Assembly (NCBI GenBank): GCA_977017645.1 | Contig: OZ360235.1 | Span: forward strand, 18,104,001-18,168,000 | Direction: 5' to 3' | DNA length: 64,000 nucleotides | DNA from: Torpedo marmorata | Taxonomy: Eukaryota | Position numbers and translations under genes: made by a program | Notes under the pieces: model-generated | The model's database searches: none | The model's input: the letters and a program-made list of their open reading frames with translations, nothing else | What the model was told of the DNA's origin: nothing | Part shown: positions 51,744-64,000 of the stretch, piece after piece | Layout: each line of letters starts with the position of its first letter | Position numbering within the stretch: the first letter of the stretch is position 1

Positions 51744-53824
51744 CTGATGAGAAAATAAATTACTTAGCGAAAATATCCAAAACTACATTTTGAGGATTTA
51801 ACGAATTTTGAATTCAAGTATCAAATTAATTTGTCGATGAACATAATGCACACGTCATATTGAATTGAGATGAAAACAAAGTAAAAAAATTGCTTGAAAG
51901 TGTGAAGCTCAATGACAATTATCCTAGATATTACCCAAAAGCATCATTCCAGGAATCTCTAATAGCTTTACAAAAAGTGTGCAGCTGTGTTTGGATTTGG
52001 TGAATTTGACCTGATGGGGGAAGGGAATAAAAGGCTCTTAAAAGATTCTCATCTTTAGTAATTATATTCGGCTGGATTTCCTCAACAGATTCCAACGATT
52101 TCCTGACTGCTACCCAAAGACATTTCTTTTTTGACAGCTGTAATTATTGCTCCTTTGATCTGTACAGCACCAAATGCACAAATCAGTTCACAAGCAAATT
52201 ACAAAGATTCGGACCGTTAGTCCCATTTAAGAAACCAGGAAGACAAAGGACTTCTGAAAATTGTCCAAATCATCTAATTAACAAAACTGACCAAAAGCAG
52301 GATGATGTGGCATTCTGACTTCTCAAGTCTCTTGGAAATACATTTATCATCAGAATGCTGGCTATTCATTTGGAATGTGACAGGAAGCTCAATCTTCTTT
52401 AGACAAATTTGGAAAAGACCTGAAATACAACCAAGTAGGATCTACTGGGCATTTGTGGTCCTCTTGACAAGTGAATTTGAAAGTGAACTGACAAAGGTGA
52501 ATTTTATTGACAAGTGAATGTTTTGCTTGGAAAAGAAAAAAAAAATGCTATTTGCTTGCAGACTCAGATACAATTGTGTTCTGTAGACTATATTTTTTCC
52601 TAACTTTGATACACATTTTTTCCCAACTTGTTTCAGACAAATTACTATATTTTTGCAACATCACAAGCTGGTCTCTGACCAGGTTTTTGGATTACATGCC
52701 TTAATTCTCTCACAAGGACTAATGATTTTTTTCCTTCTAAATAAAACATTTTAAAGTGTTCGTCTAATTTAAAATGTAAATGGTTGTACATTCATATCCT
52801 AATGTCTCAATTACTATATATTGTAGGTATGTTTTTTGATCAACATTTCTTCACTAAAAAAATAACTTTCTTGGTCAATACTTCTGTCATTTCCTGTCAT
52901 CTTCATCCATTTTGCACACCAACTTGCCTATTGTGGCATGCAAAAAAAATTACTCAAATTCACGATTATCTCCCAAACATTTTCTCCCCTCTTTTTTCTT
53001 AATTTTTCACTTCCCCAATATTTTAATAAAAGTCTTCCAAGTTAAACTTATGAAAAACAAACTTAAAACAGTAGTGTGAATTAATTACTTAAAACAGCTT
53101 GAGTTTTTCAAAAATACAAAAACATGACAAACAAAAAGGGAAAATAAATCTGTATTTCCTTTTGTTGCTGCATTCAAATTAACAAGCATTTTAGATACAA
53201 GCACAAAAGGTTCCAAAATGTATCTTTTTCAGGTAAACCATGACAAGCCACCAATTATAGTACGTAAATTCAACCAAGTGATTTGCCTAGCTTATATTTC
53301 CTACCAGGACTACTTCAGAGCAATATCCTTTTGTGAAAACAGCAATTTTTGTTCCCCTTTTAAATACTCCTTTCATCAATACCCCAATAGTATGAGAACA
53401 GTGGCATCTACTATTCCTATATTAAATCTATGATAGATTTTTGATTTGAGTAATGTATGTTTATCCATTGCTAAAGGCTGGGAGGCCAATTAAAAGCCAA
53501 TGTCCCTCAAAAAAAAAGGACATCTAAAGAATTACTGAGCAAAATTACATTGGAGCAAAAACAATATGCTGAAAATCCAAAATAAAAATGAACGAATGCT
53601 GGAACTACTAATCAGGCAGCATCAGTGGAGAGAGAAACAGAGCTGACATTTCAGGTTAAAGACCCTTGAGTGAAAAAGTGAGAAAACGGCTATTCCCAAG
53701 ATGGTTGGACTGTTTTGTGATGGTAGAATGGGTTGACTCAGCCTGTATCATCAGGAATTATTGGAATAAAGGGGATCTCATTGAAATGCACAAAATTCTG
53801 GGCCTAGAGACAGGATTAGAGTCT

Positions 53825-54108
53825 NNNNNNNNNNNNNNNNNNNNNNNNNNNNNNNNNNNNNNNNNNNNNNNNNNNNNNNNNNNNNNNNNNNNNNNNNNNN
53901 NNNNNNNNNNNNNNNNNNNNNNNNNNNNNNNNNNNNNNNNNNNNNNNNNNNNNNNNNNNNNNNNNNNNNNNNNNNNNNNNNNNNNNNNNNNNNNNNNNNN
54001 NNNNNNNNNNNNNNNNNNNNNNNNNNNNNNNNNNNNNNNNNNNNNNNNNNNNNNNNNNNNNNNNNNNNNNNNNNNNNNNNNNNNNNNNNNNNNNNNNNNN
54101 NNNNNNNN
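53825..54108. other. Assembly gap (N run) inside a CR1 3' fragment
   Basis: 284 N; flanks are CR1-like. Confidence 0.99.
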
Positions 54109-56629
54109 CAGTACTGAGATAGAGGATCAGTCATGCACATACTGAATGACAAAGCAGGCTCAAAAGGCCAAGTGACCCGCTCCTGTTGTTTTCTGTTTAT
54201 GTTAGGCTGCAGAGAGGAAAGGGTAAAAAGAAGGAATGTCTGTGATGGGGACAGACCAAAAGTGTAAAGATGATTATTTTAATTAAAAAAGGCAGCTGGA
54301 GACAGAAAACAGAAACAAACAACAATGATATATCAATATGTGAGGACAGAGGTTATTGAAATTGTTTAATTCAATATTAAATCCCGAGGACTTCAACATA
54401 CTAAGTTGGAAATTGAGTCTCAACTTAAGAGTCCTGACCTGAAAGGCTAACTGTTCATTTCTCTCCCAGGATGCTGCCTGACCTGCCAAGTCCCTCCACC
54501 TTTGCTTTGATGGAAAATGGTGTATTGTTCTTCAAGCTTCTATTGGAAGTAATGTAGGCTGTCAAAGTGAGTGTGAGTGGCAAATTAAAGTGACAATATG
54601 ATGTGAAGCTTTCCAGACCCAAATTGTCAAAGTAACAATTACTTTAAAATTTGCAGACTGATATTGTTTCAGTTTTTTCTTTTCTGTCTCCAAATGCTAT
54701 TTCTTAATCATTACCTTGACAACTTTATTCAGCAAAGTTTCCAGATGTCCATCATGTTAAATGACTGCCCCCTCCATCTCAACCTGTTACAATGCTCCCA
54801 ACAATACACAATAAAGAACCGCATCTCAATCGAGGGAGTGCTGTAGGAGGAGCGAGTGGTGATCGGAGTTGGTGAGTAGTTTAAAAAGGGCACTTTATTG
54901 GGAGTCAGGCCATTGGTTCAATCGAGGGAGTGCTGTAGGAGGAGCAAGTGGTGATCGGAGTTGGTGAGTAGTTTTTTAAAAATATGGCGCGGAGGGAAAA
55001 AGGGTTAAGTGTTGATTTGTTGGAGTGGGAAATTGGGTAATTAATTAGATTGGCAGTGACCTATAACAGGAAGGGAAGTAAAGGGAGCGGCCAGCGAGGA
55101 GCGGCCCACTGAGTGAGTGGCCCAGGGAAGGAGTGGTGATACAAGGCTTTGGCTCAAGAGGCTGAGGCACAGGTAAAAGGGGTAAGTTCATATTATTTTT
55201 ATTTTGATTTGGGTCAAAAAACAAAAAAAATAAATTATCAAAAAGTAGGAGGGATGAGGGCAGTCTTTTGCAGTCTGTGCAAGATATGGGAGGTCCTGGA
55301 GTCTCCTGATCTCCGGGATGAGCAAATCTGCACCCGATGTATCGAGCTGCAGCTCCTCAGGGACCATGTTAGGGAACTGAAGTTGCAGCTCGATGACCTT
55401 TGTCTGGTCAGAGAGAACGAGAGGGTTATAGATAGCAGTTATAGACAGGTGGTCACACCGGGGCCAAGGGAAACAGACAAGTGGGTCACAGACAGGAGGA
55501 GGAAGGGGAAGAGTCAGGTACTAGGAAGTACCCCTGTGGCTGTGCCCCTTGACAACAGGTACTCCTGTTTGAGTACTGTCAGGGGGGGGACAGCCTACCT
55601 GGGGGGAGCAACAATAGCCATGCCTCTGGCACAGAGACCGGCCCTGAGGCTCAGAAGGGTAGCGAAAGAAAGAAGAGGGCAATAGTGATAGGGGACTCTA
55701 TAGTTAGGGGGTCAGACAGGCGATTCTGTGGACACAGGAGGGAAACTCGGATGGTAGTTTGCCTCCCAGGTGCAAGGGTCCGAGATGTTTCTGATCGCGT
55801 CCAAGACATCCTGAAGGGGGAGGGAGATCAGCCAGAGTTCGTGGTACATATTGGTACCAATGACATATGTAGAAAAAGGGAAAAGGTCCTTAAAACAGAA
55901 TATAGAGAGTTAGGTAGGGAGTTGAGAAGCAGGACCTCAAACGTAGTAATCTGGATTACTACCTGTGCCAAGAGACAGATTGAGGTGGAAGTTAAATGCG
56001 TGGCTGAGAGATTGGAGCAGGGGCCAGGGGATCAGATTTCTGGACTATTGGGACATCTTTTGGGGCAGGTGGGACCTGTACAAAAAGGACGGGTTGCACT
56101 TGAATCCCAGGGGGACCAATATCCTGGCGGGGAGGTTTGCTAAGACTACTGGGGAGAGTTTAAACTAGAAAGGTTGGGGAGGTGGGAACCAGATTGTTGA
56201 GGAAGAGAGTGGACCTCAAATAGTGGAAGATGGGGGACAATGAGTGAGGAAGGATAGGCAGGTGATAGAGAAAGGACGCACTCAGACAGGCGGTTTGAGA
56301 TGTGTATATTTTAATGCCAGGAGCATTGTGAACAAAGCGGATGTGCTTAGATCGTGGATTAATATTTGGGACTATGATGTGGTGACCATTACAGAGACTT
56401 GGATGGTTCAAGGCCAGCATTGGGTGCTTCAAGTACCAGGTTTTAGATGTTTTAGAAAGGACAGGAAGGGAGGTAAAAGAGGAGGGGGTGTGGCTTTGTT
56501 GATCAGGGATAATGTCACAGCTGCAGAAAAGGTGGATGGCATAGAGGGTTTGACTACAGAACATATATGGGTGGAGCTTATGAATGAATAGGAAGGGGTC
56601 AAAAACTTTAGGTGTTTTTTTTTTAATTA

Positions 56630-57463
56630 CCGTATATTTCGGCGTATAAGTCGACCCTTGAAACCCTCAAAAATGTCTCAAAAAACGGGGGTCGACTTAT
56701 ACGCCGGATATACTTTTGAGACCTTAAAATCAGCTCAAAATCGAGTTCACGCCGATTCGGCGTATAAGTCGACCCCTGAAAACACGATTCGGCGTATAGG
56801 TCGACCCTGGAAGCGCCTCCCCACTGCCGGCGCCGCCGCTCCCCGACACCTCCCCACCGCCGGGCGCCGCCATAAACCACCCAGACATTCTACAATTGTA
56901 GAGCCCGAGGTCCCCGCTCCTACCCGGGAGAACGAGCTCCCCGCTCCTGCCTGGGAGAACGAGCTCCCCGCTCCTGCTCGGGAGAACGAGCTCCCCGCTC
57001 CTGCTCGGGAGAACGAGCTCCCCGCTCCTGCCTGGGAGAACGAGCTCCCCGCTCCTGCCTGGGAGAACGAGCTCCCCGCTACTGCCTTGGAGAACGAGCT
57101 CCCCGCTCCTGCCCGGGAGAACGAGCTCCCCGCTCCTGCTCGGGAGAAAGACGTCGCCGCACCTGCATCTTCCCGGCCATAAGCAAAGGTTTTTTTAACT
57201 GTTTTTTTTACTTAATTACTTGCTTAATTTACAGCTTTGTTACTTGGCGATTGGGATGTTGTAACAAATTTTGGGTTGTTGCTGGGAGGCCCAGACAGCC
57301 TGAAAATTGGGGGTCGACTTATACGCCGGTCAATGCGCAACATCTCAGGCATCGCGATTTTCGGGGTCGACTTATACGCCGGATATACCATAAAACCATT
57401 AAAATGAGGCTGAAAAGGGGGGTCGACTTATACGCCGGTCGACTTATACGCCGAAATATACGG
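56630..57463. mobile_element. Tc2-like non-autonomous transposon nested in the CR1 endonuclease domain
   Basis: Perfect 27-bp TIR CCGTATATTTCGGCGTATAAGTCGACC, TA on both flanks, about 8 copies of the GGTCGACTTATACGCCG motif. Confidence 0.92.
56910..57150. repeat. 27-bp GC-rich minisatellite (GGGAGAACGAGCTCCCCGCTCCTGCCY), about 8-9 copies
   Basis: Direct tandem copies, translating to ENELPAPAR/W repeats. Confidence 0.95.
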
Positions 57464-60363
57464 TATATAAATTGGCCACCCAATGCAGAAAGGGAAATTG
57501 AGGAGCACATAGGGAAACAGATTTTGGAAATGTCAATTAACAACTGAGTTGTCGTGATGGGGGATTTTAATTTCCCAAATATTGATTGGATTATCCCTCG
57601 AGTAAGGGGTTTAGATGGGGTGGAGTTTGTTAGATGTGTTCAGGAAAGTTTCTTGACACAATATGTGGATATGCCTACAAGAGGAGAGTCTGTACTTGAT
57701 TTGGTATTGGGAAATGCACCTGGTCAGGTGTCAGATCTCTCAGTGGGAGAGCATCTTGGAGATAGTGATCATAATTCTATCTCCTTTACAATAGCTTTGG
57801 AGAGTGATAAGAATAGATAAGTTAGAAAAACATTTAATTGGAGTAAGGGGAATTATGAGGCTATCAGGCAAGAAATTGGAAGATTAAATTGGGAACGGAT
57901 GTTCTCGGGGAAAAGTACAAAGGAAATGTGGCAAACGTTCAGGGGATATTTATGTGAAGTTATGAATAGATATGTTCCAATGAGAAAGGGAAGTTAAGGT
58001 AGGGAACAGGAACCATGGTATACAAAGGCTGTGAAAAGGCTAGTGAAGAAGAAAAGAAAGGCTTACAAAAGGTTAAGAGGGACAGGTAGTGTTAGAGAAC
58101 GAGAAGAGTATAAGACTAGCAGGAGAGAGCTTAAAAAGGAAATTAGGAGAGCAAGAAGGGGCCATGAGAAGGCCTTGGCGGGCAGAATTAAGGAAAACCC
58201 AAAGGCATTCTACAAGTATGTGAAGAGTAAGAGGATTAGACGTGAGAAGATAGGACCTATTAAGTGTGACAGTGGGAAGGTGTGTATGGAACCGGAGGAA
58301 ATAGTGGAGGTACTTAATGAATACTTTGCTTCAGTATTCACTATTGAAAAGGATCTAGGGGATTGTAGTAATGACTTACAGCAGACTGAAAAGATTGGGA
58401 ATGTAGATATTAAGAGAAAGGATGTGTTGGAGCTTTTGGAAAGCATCGTTGGATAAGTCACCAGGGCAGAATGAGATGTACCCTCGGCTGCTGTGGGAGG
58501 CAAGGGAAGAAATTGCTGAACCTCTGGCGCTGATATTTGAATCATCATTGGGGAAGGGAGAGGTGCCGGAGGACTGGAGAGTTGCAAATGGTGTTCCTTT
58601 GTTTAAGAAAGGGAGTAAAGATAGCCCAGGAAATTATAGACCGGTAAGTCTTACTTCAGTGGTTGTAAAATTGATGGCGAGGATCTTGAGACACAGGATT
58701 TATGAGCATTTAGATTAGGAATAGTCAACATGGCTTTGTTAAGGGCAGGTCGTGCCTTACGAACCAGATTGAATTTTTTGAAGATGTGACTAAACACATT
58801 GACGAAGGAGAAGCAGTGGATGTAGTGTATATGGATTTCAGCAAAGCATTTGATAAGGTACCACATGCAAGGCTAATTGAGAAGGTAAGGAGACATGGGA
58901 TCCATGGGGATGTTGCTTTGTGGATCCAGAACTGGCTTGACAACAGAAGGCAAAGAGTGGTAGTGGATGGGTCATATTCTTCATGGAGGTTGGTGACCAG
59001 TGGTGTTCCTCAGAGATCTGTCCTTGGACCTCTACTATTCGTGATTTTTATAGATGACTTGGATGAGGAAGTGGAGGGATGGGTTAGTAAATTTGCTGAT
59101 GACACTAAAGTTGGGGGAGTTGTTGATAATGTGGAGGGCTGTCAGAAGGTACAGAGGGATATTGATAGAATGCAAAACTGGGCTGAGAAGTGGCAGATGG
59201 AGTTTAACCCAGACAAGTGTGAAGTAGTTCATTTTGGTAGGTCAAATAGGATGGCAGAATATAGTATTAATGATAAGACTATTGGCAGCGTGGAAGTTCA
59301 AAGGGATCTTGGGGTTCAAGTACATAGAACACTCAAACCAACTGCACAGGTTGAGTCAGTGGTTAAGAAGGCATACGGCGTATTGGCCTTTATAAATCGA
59401 GGAATTGAATTTAGGAGTCGAGAATTAATGTTGCAACTGTATAGGACGTTGGTCAGACCTATATTGGAGTATTGTGCGCAGTTCTGGTCGCCTCACTACA
59501 GGAAGGATGTGGAGGCATTAGAAAGGGTGCAGAGGAGATTTACTAGGATGTTGCCTGGTTTAGGGAGCATGCCCTATGAAAACAGGTTGAGGGAACTAGG
59601 CCTTTTCTCCTTGGAATGAAGGAAGATGAGAGGGGACATGATTGAGGTGTTTAAGATAAGGGGCTTTGATCGTGCAGACGGTCAGAGCTTTTTCCAAGGG
59701 CCGAAATGGTTGCTACAAGGGGACACAGTTTTAAGGTGTTGGGAAGAAGGTATAGAGGAAATTTCAGAGGTACGTTTTTTTTTTTTTTTTTTTTACGCAG
59801 AGAGTGGTGGGTGCGTGGAATGAGTTGCCGGCAACGGTGGTGGAGGCAGATTCTATAGGGACTTTTAAGAGACTTTTGGATAGGTGCATGGAGCTCAGAA
59901 ATATAGAGGGATATAAGTAAGTCTATCAATTCCTAGAGTAGTGACATGTTCGGCACAACTTTGTGGGCCGAAGGGCCTGTATTGTGCTGTCTGTTTTCTA
60001 TGATTCTATGATCTCATCTTTCGTCTGGGTACATGGAAGCCCTTGTAACTTAATACTGAATTTAATAATTTCAAGCAGGCACTCTATTTTGACACATTCT
60101 ACAGGTGTGGCCATCTCAAATATGTTTAATTTTTCTTTTCCATCACCAAAAGACAGTTTTTTTTTAAACAAGTAATAACTTTAATCTACACCCTATCACA
60201 GACCTTGCCTCTGTTCTCTTTCCTACCCACCCCACTTTTCCAGTCCTGATGAACAGTTCTTGACTCAAAATTAATCAACCTTCTCTCCCCATTGTTGCTG
60301 CTTGGTATGCTGTGTCTTTTCAGTACTTTCTGACTTTGCTCTACAAAATAAAAATCCATAACT

Positions 60364-61669
60364 TGCATGAGTATAGGATATTGCATTGCTATTCTGCATG
60401 AGTATAGGATATTGCATTGCTATTCTGCATGAGTATAGGATATTGCATTGCTATTCTGCATGAGTATAGGATATTGCATTGCTATTCTGCATGAGTATAG
60501 GATATTGCATTGCTATTCTGCATGAGTATAGGATATTGCATTGCTATTCTGCATGAGTATAGGATATTGCATTGCTATTCTGCATGAGTATAGGATATTG
60601 CATTGCTATTCTGCATGAGTATAGGATATTGCATTGCTATTCTGCATGAGTATAGGATATTGCATTGCTATTCTGCATGAGTATAGGATATTGCATTGCT
60701 ATTCTGCATGAGTATAGGATATTGCATTGCTATTCTGCATGAGTATAGGATATTGCATTGCTATTCTGCATGAGTATAGGATATTGCATTGCTATTCTGC
60801 ATGAGTATAGGATATTGCATTACTATTCTGCATGAGTATAGGATATTGCATTACTATTCTGCATGAGTATAGGATATTGCATTACTGTACTGCATGAGTA
60901 TAGGATATTGCATTACTGTACTGCATGAGTATAGGATATTGCATTACTGTACTGCATGAGTATAGGATATTGCATTACTGTACTGCATGAGTATAGGATA
61001 TTGCATTACTGTACTGCATGAGTATAGGATATTGCATTACTATTCTGCATGAGTATAGGATATTGCATTACTATTCTGCATGAGTATAGGATATTGCATT
61101 ACTATTCTGCATGAGTATAGGATATTGCATTACTATTCTGCATGAGTATAGGATATTGCATTACTATTCTGCATGAGTATAGGATATTGCATTACTATTC
61201 TGCATGAGTATAGGATATTGCATTACTATTCTGCATGAGTATAGGATATTGCATTACTATTCTGCATGAGTATAGGATATTGCATTACTATTCTGCATGA
61301 GTATAGGATATTGCATTACTATTCTGCATGAGTATAGGATATTGCATTACTATTCTGCATGAGTATAGGATATTGCATTACTGTACTGCATGAGTATAGG
61401 ATATTGCATTACTGTACTGCATGAGTATAGGATATTGCATTACTGTACTGCATGAGTATAGGATATTGCATTACTATTCTGCATGAGTATAGGATATTGC
61501 ATTACTATTCTGCATGAGTATAGGATATTACATTACTATTCTGCATGTGTATAGGATATTACATTACTATTCTGCATGTGTATAGGATATTACATTACTA
61601 TTCTGCATGTGTACAGGATATTACATTACTATTCTGCATGTGTATAGGATATTACATTACTATTCTGCA
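60364..61669. repeat. 31-bp minisatellite (TGCATGAGTATAGGATATTGCATTRCTATTC), about 42 copies
   Basis: Spacer-free tandem array with blocks of variant units. Confidence 0.98.
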
Positions 61670-61719
61670 ATTTGATACCCTGCCTTAGTTATTTTTCCCC
61701 CGAAAGATGATCATAACAG

Positions 61720-61960
61720 TGGAGGAGCACGTTATATTGGTGCCTCACAGATCCAGCAACTATGACTGGTTCAATCTTGGCCTCTTGTGCTGTCTGGAGT
61801 TTGCATGTTCTCCATGTGGTTGTGTGGGTTTCCCTCAGGTATTCCAGGTTCCTCCCACATCCAATGGAGATACTAATTAGTGGATTAATTGCTTACTATA
61901 AATTATTTGCAGTGTGCATGGGTAGTAGCAGAATCACACTGGAATTAATGGACAATAATA
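61720..61960 (+). mobile_element. Degraded V-SINE (HE1-like)
   Basis: tgcctcacag..ggttcaatc..ggagtttgcatgttctccatgtg..gtgggtttccctcagg..tttcctcccacatcc-like core. Confidence 0.75.
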
Positions 61961-62123
61961 GGTTGTTGAATTTGGGGGGGGGGGGAGGGGAAAATGGGAT
62001 TGTTATGAGAATCAGCATAAGTTTGATTGGCCGAATAGCCTTTTTGTTGAAAGAAAGCCACAAAAATAAATCATTCATTAACTCAGTTTAAAAGAACATG
62101 CTGCAACTGACTACTATACTTGG

Positions 62124-62770
62124 ATCATAAGACATAGAAGCAGAAATGGGCTATTCAGCTCAGAGTCTGCTCCGCCATTTAATCATGAGCTGATCCATTT
62201 TCCCTCTCAGCCCCACTGCCCAGCCGTCTCCCCATAACCTTTGATGTCATGGCTAATCAAGAACCTAGCAATCTCTGCCTTAAATACACCCAATGACCTG
62301 GCCTCCACAACCGCCTGTGGCAACAAATTCCACAGATTTACCACCCTCTGGCTGAAGAAATTCCTACGCATCTCTATTCTAGGCAGACGCCCTTCAATCC
62401 TGAAGTTGTGCCCTCTTGTCTTAGACTCTCCCAGTATGGGAAACAACCTTTCTACATCTACTCTGTCCATGCCTTTAAACATTCGAAATGTTTCAATGAA
62501 ATCCCCCTCTCATTCTTTGAAATTCCAATAAATACAGGCCAAGAGCTGTCAAACGCTCCTCATATGATAACCCTTTCATTCCCGGAATCATCCTTGTGAA
62601 TCTCCTCTGAACCCTCTCCAACGTCAGCACATCCTTAAATGAAGAGCCCAAAACTGCTCACAATACTCCAAGTAAGGTCTCACCAGTGCCTTATAAAGCC
62701 TCAACATCACATCCCTGCTCTTATTTTCTATTCCCCTTGAAATGAATGACATCATTGCATTTGCCTTAAA
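62124..62770 (-). mobile_element. CR1 3' fragment
   Basis: ORF 62207-62482: KGMDRVDVERLFP..TRGHNFRI..RRNFFSQRVVNLWNLLP. Confidence 0.9.
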
Positions 62771-62871
62771 TCTAAGATTGTGAAGATCATGTTAAAAGGG
62801 ATGTTTAAAAAAAATAAATTCCAAATTTTATGCATTTATTTATTTATACACAATACATTCTTTAAACTTAC

Positions 62872-63081
62872 CCACACTTCTTTCCACACTAACTATCTTT
62901 GCACAGGGTACTTCTCCTAGTTCAGTGAGCATGTATAGCACCTCTAATGCAGAGATTACCAGCAGCATATCAGGTAAAGTTAGATGACATATAATCTCCT
63001 TGTAGGACTCCCGATCCACATATTCACATATTATGTCTGCATTATCTTCAGCTCTACACAGGTTTCCGAGTATTTCCATAC
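62872..63081 (-). CDS. ARID2: ARID2 armadillo-region exon
   Basis: [58 protein letters not shown]; 210 nt; phase 1-1. Confidence 0.96.
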
Positions 63082-63161
63082 CTAGGAATTACACAATAAA
63101 TTCATTAGAGGGGAATGTATCAAACTAAAAAAATTATGAAACTAACATTGAAATTGCTTAC

Positions 63162-63258
63162 CTCTTATCTTCAAACACTTGTCACAGGAAAAGAGACATT
63201 TTGTTACTGTATGAAAAATTAGATGTGTACTTTTAAAATCAATAGGATCCAACTGAAT
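63162..63258 (-). CDS. ARID2: ARID2 exon (most 5' exon in the window)
   Basis: [32 protein letters not shown]; 97 nt; phase 0-1. Confidence 0.94.
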
Positions 63259-63624
63259 CTGGAAGATTAAAGACAAAGAATTAGTCAAATTGCTATTAAT
63301 ATGCAGCAATATACATTAGCAATCTATTATCTGGCTATCCATTTCAACTGTTTGCATTATGTGGGTGTCACAAGACCAGCCACAAATACCCATATTTTAT
63401 TGCTGTTTGGCCTCAAAGCTTGCTAAGAAACAGAACGAGCAGTAACAAACCATACCTCAAAGGTAAATCAAAAGGCCAAAAATAGGACTTAGTGTCCAAC
63501 TTTCACTGGTAAAGTTCAAAAGTTGTATGTGAGCTGGCACTTGATGCTAGAATTAAACAATAGCCACTGTTGCTTTTAATCTTCAGATGAAATCATCTGA
63601 CACTACAAAAATAATAACATACTG

Positions 63625-63912
63625 GCCTTGGCCAATTCTGTTTGTCATTTACATTAATGATTTGGATGAGAAATGTAGGTGCCGTGGTTAGTAAGTTTTC
63701 AGATGACACCAAAATGAGTGCTATAGTGGACAGCTAAGAATGTTATCCAGGACTACAACAGGATTGTAATCAATTGAGTTTAGGAATAGCAGATGGAGTT
63801 TAATTCAGGGAAGTACAATTTTGGAAGAAAAAACCAAGGCAGTGTATATATACAGTAAAAGATAAGGCCCAAAGGATGTTGTAGAACAGAGACATAGGTG
63901 TACAGGTACATA
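63625..63912 (+). mobile_element. Degraded CR1 RT fragment
   Basis: FVIYINDLDE and SKFSDDTK remnants. Confidence 0.75.
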
Positions 63913-63913
63913 T

Positions 63914-64000
63914 AAAAAACACAAATGCTGGAGAAACTCAGCAGGTCAAACAGTGTCTTTTATGTAGCAAAGGTAGAAATACATCACCGACGTTTCAGGC
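63914..64000 (-). mobile_element. Penelope terminal repeat truncated by the window edge
   Basis: Two mismatches to 9665-9748; retains GCCTGAAACGTCGGT. Confidence 0.85.

Larger units (their letters stand above)
54826..60010 (+). mobile_element. Near full-length CR1 LINE with inactivating mutations (5' UTR, ORF1 zinc finger/coiled coil/SGNH esterase, ORF2 APE and RT, 3' tail)
   Basis: ORF1 from ATG 55254 (CSLC..CTRC, IGDSIVRG, VVHIGTND, DGLHLN); ORF2 YFNARSIVNK, ITETW, MGDFNFP, SDHNSI, MDFSKAFDKVPH, KFADDTK; tail ttctatgattctatg; duplicated 5' UTR unit at 54826 and 54918. Confidence 0.95.

Noticed and set aside
53666-54152. ORFs spanning the N run
   Set aside because: Assembly-gap artefact
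56658-57182. 174-aa ORF with ENELPAPA repeats
   Set aside because: Produced by a stop-free 27-bp minisatellite inside a transposon; no ATG start or other sign of a gene

Overview
Vertebrate genomic DNA, most likely an elasmobranch (inferred from the HE1/V-SINE, CR1, Rex-Babar and Penelope repeat content). It holds the conserved tail-to-tail gene pair SCAF11 (+ strand, last 5 coding exons, 1834-20631) and ARID2 (- strand, last 13 coding exons, 63258-27894). All exons were assembled by hand with consistent splice phases, and one SCAF11 intron is GC-AG. Introns are rich in nested mobile elements: CR1, Rex1/Babar and L1 LINEs, Penelope-like elements with minimal hammerhead ribozyme motifs, tRNA- and 5S-derived SINEs, Tigger, Chapaev3, Tc2-like and Helitron DNA elements, and minisatellites. 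The most notable observation is a 946-bp Tc2-like non-autonomous transposon in a SCAF11 intron (13693-14638). Its cargo contains recognisable first-exon fragments of two unrelated host genes, DONSON and PPM1G, so it looks like a multi-gene Pack-TIR. A related element at 56630-57463 also has CpG-island-like cargo. Homologies are recognised from memory of the protein sequences, not from database searches; repeat boundaries are approximate.
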